Shown here piece after piece: positions 1-9,536 of a stretch of DNA of 45,615 bases. Source of the stretch: an uncultured bacterium. GTDB taxonomy: Bacteria; CAIJMQ01. The stretch spans positions 1-45,615 of the forward strand of contig CAZNJA010000003.1 of NCBI GenBank assembly GCA_964573245.1. Direction: 5' to 3'. The first letter of the stretch is position 1; each line of letters opens with the position of its first letter. A model generated the notes under the pieces. It had not been told where the DNA came from. It searched no databases and saw only the letters and a list, made by a program, of their open reading frames with translations. Position numbers and translations under genes: made by a program.

Positions 1-2283
1 ATGATGTATTCCGATGTAGTTATGGAAAAATCCGCAGGTATTGAACCGGAAGAAGGCAAAGGCATACGACATCAGCTTGAAGAAGCAATGGAAAACATGA
101 AGAAAGCAAAGGGAGTCAAAAACGATACCGACCTTAATGCTGAAGACCTGAAAAAACTTTGTGAAATTTTCAAGGCAAAAGTAAAAGAAGTACTTAAAAA
201 AGAATTTCCCGATGATGCAAAACAACAACTTTGGGGTGCTATATCAGCCGTCTTTCAATCCTGGGATGGAAAGAGAGCTAAATCTTACAGGAAAATTGAA
301 GGTATACCCGAAGAATGGGGAACAGCAGTAAATGTACAAACAATGGTATTCGGTAATATGGGAGATAATTCCGCAACAGGTGTTGCTTTCACCAGAAACC
401 CGGCTACAGGTGATAATAAATTCTACGGTGAATTTCTTGTAAATGCACAGGGTGAAGACGTCGTTGCGGGCACCAGAACACCTCAGGCAATAAACGAAGA
501 ATCAAAAACAATGTCATCGGAAGATATGCCAACACTTCAATCGTTAATGCCTGAACTTTACAACCAGCTTGTTGAAATACGAAACAAACTCGAAAAACAT
601 TATAGAGATATGCAGGATATAGAGTTCACAATGCAGGAAGGCACTTTATATATGCTGCAGACACGAACAGGTAAAAGAAATGGTGTAGCAGCAATAAAAA
701 TGGCTGTTGATATGTGTAGTGAAGAACTTATCACAAAAGAAGAAGCCATTATGAGAGTAAGGCCTAAACAATTGGATGAACTACTTCATCCTATGATAGA
801 CCCTGAAAAAGAAAAGACAGCTAAAAAACTTGCAGCAGGACTGCCGGCAGGCCCTGGTGGTGCAAACGGTCAGGTTGTATTCACCTCGGATACAGCAGAA
901 GATTGGGCAAAAAATGGCAAAAAAGTTATTCTTGTAAGAAACGAAACAAGCCCCGAAGATGTACATGGAATGCATGCTGCGCAGGCAATCCTAACAGCAA
1001 AAGGGGGTATGACTTCACACGCAGCACTTGTTGCAAGAGGTTGGGGTAAATGCTGTATAGTCGGCGCAGGAGCTTTGAATATAAATGCAAAAGAAAGAAT
1101 ACTAACCGTTGACGGTGAAAAAGTAAAAGAAGGTGACTGGGTTACATTAAACGGAACAAAGGGCATAGTTTATAAAGGTGTTTTAGAACTCCTGCCTGCA
1201 GATCCCGAAAGTAATTCTTCATACAAACAACTAATGCAATGGGCTGATGATACAAGAAAACTCGGTGTAAGAACAAATGCCGACAATCCAGAAGATGCTT
1301 CAACGGCACGCAAATTCGGCGCACAGGGAATCGGGTTATGCAGAACAGAACATATGTTCTTTGGCCCTGACAGAATAACACCAATGCGCGAAATGATTCT
1401 TGCAGATACAAAAGAAGACAGAAAGAAAGCCCTTGATAAACTCCTTCCATTTCAGAAGAAAGATTTTATGGGCATATTCGAAGCAATGGATGGACTACCC
1501 GTAACAATAAGAACCCTTGACCCACCCTTACACGAATTTCTGCCTCAGGATGATAAGAGCCAGAAAGAACTTGCAGACAAACTTGGAATATCAGCTGAAG
1601 ATGTAAAGGCAAAGGTTAACTCGCTGCACGAATTAAACCCGATGCTTGGACATAGGGGATGCAGGTTGGGCACTACCTACCCTGAGATAACAGCAATGCA
1701 GGCAAGAGCAATTATAGAAGCCGCCTGCGAGCTTACAAAGAAGGGAATAAAAGTATATCCTGAAATTATGATTCCTTTAATCGGTACAAAAGCAGAACTT
1801 GTAAACCAGAAAAAAGTTGTTGAAGCTACTGCCAAAGAGGTCATAGAAAAATATGGAGTAGAAGTCAAATATTCTGTTGGAACAATGATAGAAATACCAC
1901 GAGCCGCATTAACAGCAGATAAAGTAGCTGAAGAAGCCGCTTTCTTCTCCTTCGGAACAAACGACTTGACCCAAATGACATTCGGCTACAGCAGAGATGA
2001 TGCCGGCACATTCCTGCCGGAATATATAGACCAAGGCATCCTCGCGCACGACCCATTCCAGACAATTGATGAAGAAGGCGTCGGACAACTGGTAGATATC
2101 GCAATAAAGAAAGGACGCTCGACAAAGAAAGACCTTAAAGTCGGCATTTGCGGCGAACACGGCGGCGACCCTGCCTCGGTTGAATTCTGTCATAAGGTAG
2201 GAATGAATTATGTCTCCTGCTCACCGTTCAGAGTCCCGATTGCGCGTCTTGCCGCGGCACAGGCGGTGTTAAAAGAGAAATAA
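1..2283 (+). CDS. ppdK: pyruvate phosphate dikinase (5' end outside window)
   Basis: GTAVNVQTMVFGN, GGMTSHAALVARG phospho-His motif, GIGLCRTEHMF, FSFGTNDLTQ, GICGEHGG. Confidence 0.98.
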   Translation: MMYSDVVMEKSAGIEPEEGKGIRHQLEEAMENMKKAKGVKNDTDLNAEDLKKLCEIFKAKVKEVLKKEFPDDAKQQLWGAISAVFQSWDGKRAKSYRKIEGIPEEWGTAVNVQTMVFGNMGDNSATGVAFTRNPATGDNKFYGEFLVNAQGEDVVAGTRTPQAINEESKTMSSEDMPTLQSLMPELYNQLVEIRNKLEKHYRDMQDIEFTMQEGTLYMLQTRTGKRNGVAAIKMAVDMCSEELITKEEAIMRVRPKQLDELLHPMIDPEKEKTAKKLAAGLPAGPGGANGQVVFTSDTAEDWAKNGKKVILVRNETSPEDVHGMHAAQAILTAKGGMTSHAALVARGWGKCCIVGAGALNINAKERILTVDGEKVKEGDWVTLNGTKGIVYKGVLELLPADPESNSSYKQLMQWADDTRKLGVRTNADNPEDASTARKFGAQGIGLCRTEHMFFGPDRITPMREMILADTKEDRKKALDKLLPFQKKDFMGIFEAMDGLPVTIRTLDPPLHEFLPQDDKSQKELADKLGISAEDVKAKVNSLHELNPMLGHRGCRLGTTYPEITAMQARAIIEAACELTKKGIKVYPEIMIPLIGTKAELVNQKKVVEATAKEVIEKYGVEVKYSVGTMIEIPRAALTADKVAEEAAFFSFGTNDLTQMTFGYSRDDAGTFLPEYIDQGILAHDPFQTIDEEGVGQLVDIAIKKGRSTKKDLKVGICGEHGGDPASVEFCHKVGMNYVSCSPFRVPIARLAAAQAVLKEK

Positions 2284-2333
2284 AATATTAAAAATTAAAT
2301 ATTAAAAACACAAATTAAAAGTATAAAAATTAC

Positions 2334-2369
2334 ACCCCGCTACGATGTTATATCGAAGCGGGGTTTTTT
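2334..2369 (+). terminator. rho-independent terminator after ppdK
   Basis: ACCCCGCT-A-CGAT...ATCG-A-AGCGGGGT stem followed by a T run, between convergent genes. Confidence 0.8.
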
Positions 2370-2384
2370 ATTTAAGATAACCTA

Positions 2385-2714
2385 CTATTTTATAAACCGT
2401 ATGTTTACAGGATAGCGGTATTTTGTACCTTCGTTGGCTTTGATGCCCGCAATTATTAACATTGTAAGATTAAACACTGCCAGAACCGGCATTAAAATCA
2501 ATCCAATAAAAACAGCCATCAACATACCCGCAACAATGAAAGCTATAGTCATAGTTATCTGAAAATTGAGCGCTTCTTTTCCCTGGTCGTTAACAAGAGG
2601 TGATTCATCCTTTTTCACTAACCATATAACTAAAGGAGCAATAAATCCCAAAACTATCGCGCCGATATGGCACAGCATCGCCCACATCTTTTCCTGCTTC
2701 TCGTCCATCGCCAT
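2385..2714 (-). CDS. DUF4870-type small membrane protein
   Basis: WAMLCH...PLVIWL.KKD...QGKEALNFQIT...YRYP pattern; GGAGG SD. Confidence 0.85.
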   Translation of the reverse strand: MAMDEKQEKMWAMLCHIGAIVLGFIAPLVIWLVKKDESPLVNDQGKEALNFQITMTIAFIVAGMLMAVFIGLILMPVLAVFNLTMLIIAGIKANEGTKYRYPVNIRFIK

Positions 2715-2753
2715 AATAATACCTCCTTTTTATAAAGTTTATTAATTTGTCTT

Positions 2754-4199
2754 TTAGTTTACAATATTTATCTTTCTTCCGCAATCGTTGCAAACAACAC
2801 GTGAACCCGAAAATTTAGGAGAAATCTGAATTAATCTTCCGCACGAACAAGGCACACTCTCCCAACCAGTTCCCTTTCTTTTATAAGTAATGGGCTTGGA
2901 ATCCGCTTGTTTCTTTGCTTCTTCCTTCTTTTTTTCGGGCGACATAACAACCCCGGCAGCAGCTATAGCTGCCAGCTCCTTAAACGGAACATCAATATGC
3001 CGACCACACTTAGGACAGTCTATACTATTTTTCTTGAAATCCGGCGGGATTTTAATCTTTAATCCGCAGGCGCAAACCAAAAATGCAAACTTATTAACTG
3101 CTCTTATCAAGTCGCCTATTTCTCTTGCGTCTTTCTTTTTCGTATGCTCCTGCTTCGGCTCAACAGAAGCTTTGCGTATAGGTATAACCTTGGAATCTTG
3201 TATTCCCGAAGCAGGAATAATAGAAGCTCCTCCTTTAACTGCAGAGAAAGCTTTCTGATAATTTGAATAGTTCGCTCCATGGGATATACTGCGCAGTATT
3301 CTTATTCTCTCTGAAGTAGGTGGATGAGTGCTGGTCATATCTGAAAGCCCAACTGCGCCTAATTTCTTTAGAGGGTTCACTATATACATCGGTGCAGTGG
3401 CTTTATTTGCAGAAGACAGATCAAGATGTGTCGTAGAAATATTTTCAAGCGCGGAAGCCAATCCTTCAGGATACCTGGTTAACCTGGCCGCCGATGCATC
3501 AGCTAAATATTCTCTTTTTCTTGATAATGCAAAGTAAAGGAGCTGCGCAAAAATTGGAGCCAATACGGCAAAAAGTATAGTAACGGCTAAAATAATCAGT
3601 TGAGCCTGTCCTCCCCCCTTGCCACCTGAACGATACCGCCTTGATGAACGCGAAGAATAAAACATACTTCTCAAAAATATATTGGATATTAATACAATGC
3701 TGCCAAGCAATACTCCTGCGAACGTAACAAAGAGAACATCCCTATTTATTATGTGCGACATTTCATGCGCAACAACTCCCTGCAGTTCATCCCTGTTTAA
3801 TCTTGAAAGAAGTCCCGCAGTCACCGCAATAGCGCATTTATCGGGTTTGGTCCCTGTAGCAAAAGCATTGGGGGCGGAGTCGTCTATTATGTAAACTCGT
3901 GGCATTGCAGGTAAATTTGCCGCGATTTTCATTTCTTCCACAATATTAAAAAGTTGCGGATGAATTTCCCGAGTCACTTCCTTTGCCCCGCTCATAGCCA
4001 AAACTATACGGTCACCTGAAAAGTAACTAACAAGCGACATGATAAACCAGAGCCCTGCGGCGATTGAAAGACCTATTACACCGCCGCCCTTAGGATAAAA
4101 AGAAGCACCGATTAGATACCCCAACAGCAAAAGGCATACGCCCATCGCTAAAAAAAGAATGATCGATTTTCTTTTATTCGCCCGTATTAATTCCCACAT
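2754..4199 (-). CDS. htpX: M48 family zinc metalloprotease (HtpX-like) with two C-terminal zinc ribbons
   Basis: PNAFATG, AHEMSH, SRKREYLAD, STHPP; C-terminal CACG/CPKCG and CSCG/CNDCG. Confidence 0.9.
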   Translation of the reverse strand: MWELIRANKRKSIILFLAMGVCLLLLGYLIGASFYPKGGGVIGLSIAAGLWFIMSLVSYFSGDRIVLAMSGAKEVTREIHPQLFNIVEEMKIAANLPAMPRVYIIDDSAPNAFATGTKPDKCAIAVTAGLLSRLNRDELQGVVAHEMSHIINRDVLFVTFAGVLLGSIVLISNIFLRSMFYSSRSSRRYRSGGKGGGQAQLIILAVTILFAVLAPIFAQLLYFALSRKREYLADASAARLTRYPEGLASALENISTTHLDLSSANKATAPMYIVNPLKKLGAVGLSDMTSTHPPTSERIRILRSISHGANYSNYQKAFSAVKGGASIIPASGIQDSKVIPIRKASVEPKQEHTKKKDAREIGDLIRAVNKFAFLVCACGLKIKIPPDFKKNSIDCPKCGRHIDVPFKELAAIAAAGVVMSPEKKKEEAKKQADSKPITYKRKGTGWESVPCSCGRLIQISPKFSGSRVVCNDCGRKINIVN

Positions 4200-4215
4200 A
4201 TATCAAAACAATTAT

Positions 4216-4486
4216 GATTACGGAGATTTCCCCCCTAGAAATCTGCCCTCTGCAATTTGCACCCTGAAATTTCAGAGAAATTTCGGGTACTTAGTCCTTG
4301 AAATGCTTTGCATTTCTAAGGGAAAAATTGCGAGGACTAAAGTCCCGGGAATGCTCCGCATTCCACGGGGAAAGATTTCAGGGACTTTGGTCCTTGAAAT
4401 TCTACGAATTTCTAAGGGTAAAAACGATTACAGTGATTAAGAAAGAAAAAAATCTGTGTAATCTGTATCTAATAATCCGTGTAATC
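4216..4486. repeat. family B 13-mer cluster (2 direct + 2 inverted arms) interrupted by a structured element
   Basis: GATTACGGAGATT 4216, GATTACAGTGATT 4426, AATCTGTGTAATC 4451, AATCCGTGTAATC 4474. Confidence 0.85.
4230..4420. repeat. divergent family A-like element containing 48-nt tandem hairpin units
   Basis: CCCCCCTAGAAAT...ATTTCTAAGGGTA ends; GTCC-initiated units at 4294, 4342 and 4390. Confidence 0.75.
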
Positions 4487-4498
4487 AGTTTTCCCCAA

Positions 4499-5056
4499 TT
4501 AAAATTTCACTTTAGGGACTGCTTTTTCCTTTTGGTCTTCCACTTGGAAGAACTCTTCGGATTTGAAACTGAACATGCCGGCTATAATGTTTGAAGGAAC
4601 CATCTGGATTTTGTTGTTAAAGAAAAGGACCTGGTCATTATAATTCTGCCGCGCAAAAGCTATTTTGTTCTCCGTAGAAGTCAGTTCTTCCTGAACAGCC
4701 AAAAAGTTTTGATTTGCTTTCAGGTCCGGATAATTCTCCACAACGAGAAAAAATTTACTCATAGCGCCGCTTAATGCACCCTCAGCTTTAGCTTTATCAC
4801 CTACACTCTGGGCACCCATTGCATCACTTCTTGCTTTGGTTATGTTTTCAAGTGTTCCCCTTTCATGCTGCATATATCCTTTTGCCGTTTCTACCAGATT
4901 GGGTATAAGGTCATGCCGCCTTTTTAATTGCACATCTATTTGAGACCACGCGTTCTTAACCTGATTCCTCAAACCCACGAGAGAATTGAAAATTCCCACA
5001 ACAAACAAAACTACCACAACAACCACTACAAGTAAGACTATTACTGCAATACCCAT
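4499..5056 (-). CDS. lemA: LemA family protein
   Basis: N-terminal [43 protein letters not shown]. Confidence 0.97.
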   Translation of the reverse strand: MGIAVIVLLVVVVVVVLFVVGIFNSLVGLRNQVKNAWSQIDVQLKRRHDLIPNLVETAKGYMQHERGTLENITKARSDAMGAQSVGDKAKAEGALSGAMSKFFLVVENYPDLKANQNFLAVQEELTSTENKIAFARQNYNDQVLFFNNKIQMVPSNIIAGMFSFKSEEFFQVEDQKEKAVPKVKF

Positions 5057-5069
5057 ATTAACCTCCCTC

Positions 5070-5100
5070 GTCCGCCGAAGCCCAAAAAGCGAAGGCGGAC
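5070..5100. repeat. REP-like GC-rich hairpin
   Basis: GTCCGCC-GAAGCCCAAAAAGCGAA-GGCGGAC between the upstream stop and the lemA SD. Confidence 0.65.
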
Positions 5101-5104
5101 CTAA

Positions 5105-5491
5105 TTACGATTTCTTGAACATATCCTTGAGCAAATCCAACACTTTATTCTCTTTACCAAAACTTCCCATTTTAATTATTTTTTCAAGTTCTCCCAAATC
5201 AAACCAGATACCGTCATTCTGGCGGCATTTATCTATAAGGATATTTTTCTCGCTACCATAGATAACTTTGTCCATTCTCTTTAAACATACAGGACAGTTT
5301 CTAACTTTTTCTTTTGTATGCTTATCTACCTGAAAAGAAATAAGGAACCTATCCTTTTCCGTAGAAGTTCCCAACAAAAGCTCCAATTCACCCCCATCAA
5401 GCCATATTCCGCCGCACGAGATGCAATGGTCTATCTCTACCTCATCAAGTTCCAGTACAATCATCGGCTCTTTACATACAGGACAATTCAT
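5105..5491 (-). CDS. tandem zf-TFIIB-type zinc ribbon protein
   Basis: two CPVC...ID.C...GIW.D.GEL repeats. Confidence 0.88.
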   Translation of the reverse strand: MNCPVCKEPMIVLELDEVEIDHCISCGGIWLDGGELELLLGTSTEKDRFLISFQVDKHTKEKVRNCPVCLKRMDKVIYGSEKNILIDKCRQNDGIWFDLGELEKIIKMGSFGKENKVLDLLKDMFKKS

Positions 5492-5503
5492 TTAAATTCT
5501 CCA

Positions 5504-7045
5504 TTATTTAAACAATTCTGTTGAATGGGGAAATTCCACAAGGATTCTTTCAACAAATTGTTCCTCGTCAGCCATCAGACCAAATCCATAATCAGGCCAC
5601 CACGGATAAACTCCCAGACGAATTCTATATCCGGCTGTCAATATTATTCCTATAAATATTAATATAAGTGTCCCCACTCCCAAAAGTAGTATTTGTCTTC
5701 GCACCATTGCGAGTTTAATAGAAAAAGAACCTTTACGTACAAATCCAATGAAGCCATGAGCATTGAATTGAGGCTGACCGCGCCAAATTAAATAGGACTG
5801 TCTTATCGGGATTACATATATAATTATACCTATAATAACTGAAAGTATAGGAAAGGATAAGTAGAATGAAAACATACTAAATAGTGATTTTTCCCATAGA
5901 TGCGCATTTATATAAAATACAATCACTGACGCAAAACCACAAACCACAACATAAAGTAATCCAAACATTATAAAAATTTTTCTCCATTGCAATGGCAAAC
6001 TCATGTTTTCTGTTTCCGTCTTTCGTTTAGCCTTGCGTTTAAGAACAAGCAAATAAATACCGGCAATTAATATTAGAAACAGTTGAGTTGGGATAGGGCT
6101 CAAAACTAAAGTTGGAGCAAAAAACATGTTGACTCGGCTTATGAGTTTAGGCATCATGCTTTCGGTATATTCTATGCATCTATCCGTTATCTTTTGAAGA
6201 TTAGATTTCTCTGCCTCTAATACATTTATTTTCTCATTATCACTTAATTCAGTAAAATAATTTTCCAGATCGCTATAGCCTAACTGTTGAATTGCCACGC
6301 CTACAAGAAGATTGAGCAAACGCAGTGGTTCACTTTCCATCACTTTACGTCCCATTAAAATTATAGACTTACGGACATCAATTGCTTTTTCTATTTCTCC
6401 TTCCTTGGAAAGTGAATCGGCGTATGCATTTAACCCCCGAGCAACAGCACGAAAATGAGAGAAGGAATCTAAACCAAGTCCCGATTCCAAAGCTATTCCC
6501 ATAATACTGTCGCCTCTTTCCATAGACAATACGGATGGATAATATTTTAATTTTTTCGACTCGCTATTACCCTCTATAACTGCCTGCCACATTGCTTCAC
6601 TCATATCATTTTTATATGAAAGATATGCCATTTCAAAGTCGGCAATAGTATTTAAAACATCAAATCGTCTAACCTTTTCAAGTTCACTTTTCGCTTTTGA
6701 ATCAAGTCCTGTATCATCTTTCATATATAGCATAGCTAAACGGTAGCGTATGCGTGGTTCATCGGGATTTAGTTCTTTTACTTTTTCCAACTCTCTTAAT
6801 GCTACATTTCTATTTTCTATATCTATAATTGCGAAGAAAATATGCATTTCTGCCAATGCTTCACGATATTTTGGGTTGTTTGGCGCAGTTTCAACTGCCA
6901 TTGACATGTATTTCTTGGCTTTTTCTATGTTTAAAGTTCTACTCGCTTTTCGATATAGTTGCTCCGCTTTTTCGTCATTTGCCATACCACAAACAGCCCA
7001 ACTTACAATCATTATTAATAATACAATTCTAATTATATTTTTCAT
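5504..7045 (-). CDS. hypothetical membrane protein with signal peptide and TPR-like helices
   Basis: 513-aa ORF, hydrophobic N-terminus, TPR-like repeats, about 4 C-terminal TM segments. Confidence 0.7.
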   Translation of the reverse strand: MKNIIRIVLLIMIVSWAVCGMANDEKAEQLYRKASRTLNIEKAKKYMSMAVETAPNNPKYREALAEMHIFFAIIDIENRNVALRELEKVKELNPDEPRIRYRLAMLYMKDDTGLDSKAKSELEKVRRFDVLNTIADFEMAYLSYKNDMSEAMWQAVIEGNSESKKLKYYPSVLSMERGDSIMGIALESGLGLDSFSHFRAVARGLNAYADSLSKEGEIEKAIDVRKSIILMGRKVMESEPLRLLNLLVGVAIQQLGYSDLENYFTELSDNEKINVLEAEKSNLQKITDRCIEYTESMMPKLISRVNMFFAPTLVLSPIPTQLFLILIAGIYLLVLKRKAKRKTETENMSLPLQWRKIFIMFGLLYVVVCGFASVIVFYINAHLWEKSLFSMFSFYLSFPILSVIIGIIIYVIPIRQSYLIWRGQPQFNAHGFIGFVRKGSFSIKLAMVRRQILLLGVGTLILIFIGIILTAGYRIRLGVYPWWPDYGFGLMADEEQFVERILVEFPHSTELFK

Positions 7046-7064
7046 ATTTTATTCAAAATTATTT

Positions 7065-7640
7065 TTAATAATTCTCAACAAACACTTCGTAATAGCTCTG
7101 TGGATGAGCGCATGCGGGGCATTTTTCAGGCGCTTCATTACCTTCATGAACATAACCACAGTTCCTGCATTTCCATTTAACTACTGTATCTTTTTTGAAG
7201 ACTTTGCCTTCTTTTACGTTTTTGAGCAGTTTTCTATAACGTTTCTCATGCTCTTCTTCGACTTCAGCAATCTCTTTGAAAAGAACAGCTATTTGTTCAA
7301 AACCTTCTTTTCCGGCAGTTCCTTCAAAATCTTTATAAAGAGTGCCCCATTCCAACTTTTCTCCATCAGCCGCTTCTTCCAGATTGGTAGCTGTATCGCC
7401 GATGATTCCGGCAGGATAACTCGCCTGAATTTCCACCTCCCCGCCTTCTAGAAATTTAAAAAACCTTTTTGCGTGCTCTTTTTCGTTTTCCGCAGTCTCG
7501 AGAAATATGCCCGAGATTTGTTCGTATCCTTCTTTTTTTGCCGCACTTGCAAAATATGCATACCTATTCCTTGCCTGAGATTCTCCAGCAAACGCCGCAA
7601 GAAGATTTTTTTCCGTTTGTGTTCCTTTTACGCTTATCAT
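7065..7640 (-). CDS. rbr: rubrerythrin
   Basis: NLLAAFAGESQARNRY, NEKEHA, EEEHE, C-terminal CRNCGY...CPAC. Confidence 0.97.
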   Translation of the reverse strand: MISVKGTQTEKNLLAAFAGESQARNRYAYFASAAKKEGYEQISGIFLETAENEKEHAKRFFKFLEGGEVEIQASYPAGIIGDTATNLEEAADGEKLEWGTLYKDFEGTAGKEGFEQIAVLFKEIAEVEEEHEKRYRKLLKNVKEGKVFKKDTVVKWKCRNCGYVHEGNEAPEKCPACAHPQSYYEVFVENY

Positions 7641-7743
7641 TCTAATACCTCCCTGTTTTTACAATAGAATTCTACCAAATGGAGATATTAAAACCAATTA
7701 AAAAGCTATTTTTGCTTGAGGAAAGATAAAAACGGAAAAATTA

Positions 7744-8817
7744 CTAAGACTTCAAGAGGGAAAGATAAACTTGCTCTACTTTGTCAACCATTTGGGAAGC
7801 AGTAAACTTTTCAAGGACTCTTTTCTTGCCTTCGGCGGCAAAAGTTTTTCTTTTGTCTTCATCTTTGAGTAAATCAATGATTGCTCTGGCTAAAGTCTTA
7901 GGGTCTTTGGAGGGCACCAATAAACCTGTTTTTTCATTTTCCACTACTTCAGGTATTCCCCCGGCTGTGGTTGCAACAACGGGAACGCCCATATACATCG
8001 CATCCATCAAAGAAGTGCAAAGCCCCTCAAGGTGCGAAGGCAAAACGAATAGGTCTAATACGGACAGGATTTCCGGAATATCTTCTCTAAAACCGGTTAA
8101 AAAAACCTTGTCTTTAATTCCCAATATCCTGGATTTTGTCTTTAAAGAATATTTTAGTTCTCCATCACCCACAAACAAAAAGAAACTATGCGGGAATTCT
8201 TTTAAAACAATCGGTATCGCATCTAAAAGATACTTATGCCCTTTATGGTCGGTAAGATGGGCTATCGTGCCTACCATCAATCTTTTATCGGGAATATTAA
8301 ACTCTCTAAAAAGATAATCCCCTCTTTTTGGGTTGTCAAACTTAGTTGTATCGATGCCGCTTGGGACAAGAACTATTTTCTCTTTCTCGACTCCCCCGTT
8401 AATAAGAACTTTTTCTATGGCTTTTGAAATAACTATCACCTTATCAGCAAGGCGGTTATATTTAAAGCGGCTTTTAATCGGGAAATCCACTCTTCTTGTA
8501 ACTACAACAGGTTTGTGTTTTATTTTACCCGCTATTCCGCCAATAAGATGGGAATGCGCTGTATGCAAATGAATAACATCGGCTTTTGAAAATTCGATGA
8601 ATTTAGAGATTTTGAAAATATTGACAATATCCGATATCCGCCTATGACTTATGGTTAACACCGTTTCACAGATGTTTTGGGCTTTTTTTATTAAACGTTC
8701 GTTCGAAGCCGCAAGTAAATTTTCATGCCCTCTTTTTTTTAGCCCCGCCATAAGGAGAAGAGCCTGTAATTCTCCGCCTCTAAATCCCTTTTCAGTATCT
8801 ACATGAAGAATTTTCAT
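7744..8817 (-). CDS. GT4 family glycosyltransferase
   Basis: RGGE, HKGH, PSHLEGLCTSLMDAM, GGIPEVV. Confidence 0.92.
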   Translation of the reverse strand: MKILHVDTEKGFRGGELQALLLMAGLKKRGHENLLAASNERLIKKAQNICETVLTISHRRISDIVNIFKISKFIEFSKADVIHLHTAHSHLIGGIAGKIKHKPVVVTRRVDFPIKSRFKYNRLADKVIVISKAIEKVLINGGVEKEKIVLVPSGIDTTKFDNPKRGDYLFREFNIPDKRLMVGTIAHLTDHKGHKYLLDAIPIVLKEFPHSFFLFVGDGELKYSLKTKSRILGIKDKVFLTGFREDIPEILSVLDLFVLPSHLEGLCTSLMDAMYMGVPVVATTAGGIPEVVENEKTGLLVPSKDPKTLARAIIDLLKDEDKRKTFAAEGKKRVLEKFTASQMVDKVEQVYLSLLKS

Positions 8818-8953
8818 AAGAACCCTCTTTTGTTTTTACCTTTGAATTATAACATCTTAGTCAACTCTCTAAGTTGCTATTTCAAATATTACAAAGGGAT
8901 ATTTAGGAGCTAATTCCACTTCATGGTTTACAGGAGCGATGGATATATGATAT

Positions 8954-9466
8954 ATGTTCCTATTAAAATCAATAAACTCAGATAAAAACATGAAACCTCG
9001 CAATTTAGAAGAATTATTGGAAGTGTTGAAAGTCATGGAGCAATTTGAAATATCAATATCCATTCTCTATAAAATCTGCTCCCAAAAATGGCAGAAGGAT
9101 GCGGATTTTTGGCTCTCATTAAACAAAGACGAAATCAAACATTCGGAAAACGTAAAGGAATTAGCAGACATCATTAAAAATAGGATCGGCTCAAAAGCAA
9201 CTTTCCTGCACAACAGACCTTTTACAATAAGTTCGGTTCAAAGTGCCATAAATGGCGCAATAGAAACGGCAGAAAGAGTAAAAAATGAGGATATACCCCA
9301 AAAAAAGGTATTGGCAATTGCTCTGGACATCGAAAATTCCGCGCTTGAACGCAAGTACTCGGAACTTATAAAAACAGACGATATCGAATATCAAACCATA
9401 TCAAAAACCATAGACGAGGAAACCAAAACGCACAGAGACAAAATAGAAAAGAAATTAGCAGAGTAA
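8954..9466 (+). CDS. ferritin-like/rubrerythrin-fold protein (start may be ATG 8990)
   Basis: E..I..LY, FW..L..DE.KH, ALDIE, EE..H pattern. Confidence 0.7.
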   Translation: MFLLKSINSDKNMKPRNLEELLEVLKVMEQFEISISILYKICSQKWQKDADFWLSLNKDEIKHSENVKELADIIKNRIGSKATFLHNRPFTISSVQSAINGAIETAERVKNEDIPQKKVLAIALDIENSALERKYSELIKTDDIEYQTISKTIDEETKTHRDKIEKKLAE

Positions 9467-9536
9467 AGATGAAAAATATAACTAAAAAATGGTTTAAAGT
9501 TTTGGTCGCGGTTAAGTAAAAATAAAGGAATAAAAA

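Noticed and set aside
4294-4420. CRISPR array
   Set aside because: Only about 2.6 units, repeats are not identical, there are no unique spacers and no cas genes.
4159-4594. ORFs 4159-4440 (16-aa repeats) and 4298-4594 as proteins
   Set aside because: Antisense to the lemA-htpX operon; the peptide periodicity just reflects the 48-nt DNA repeat.
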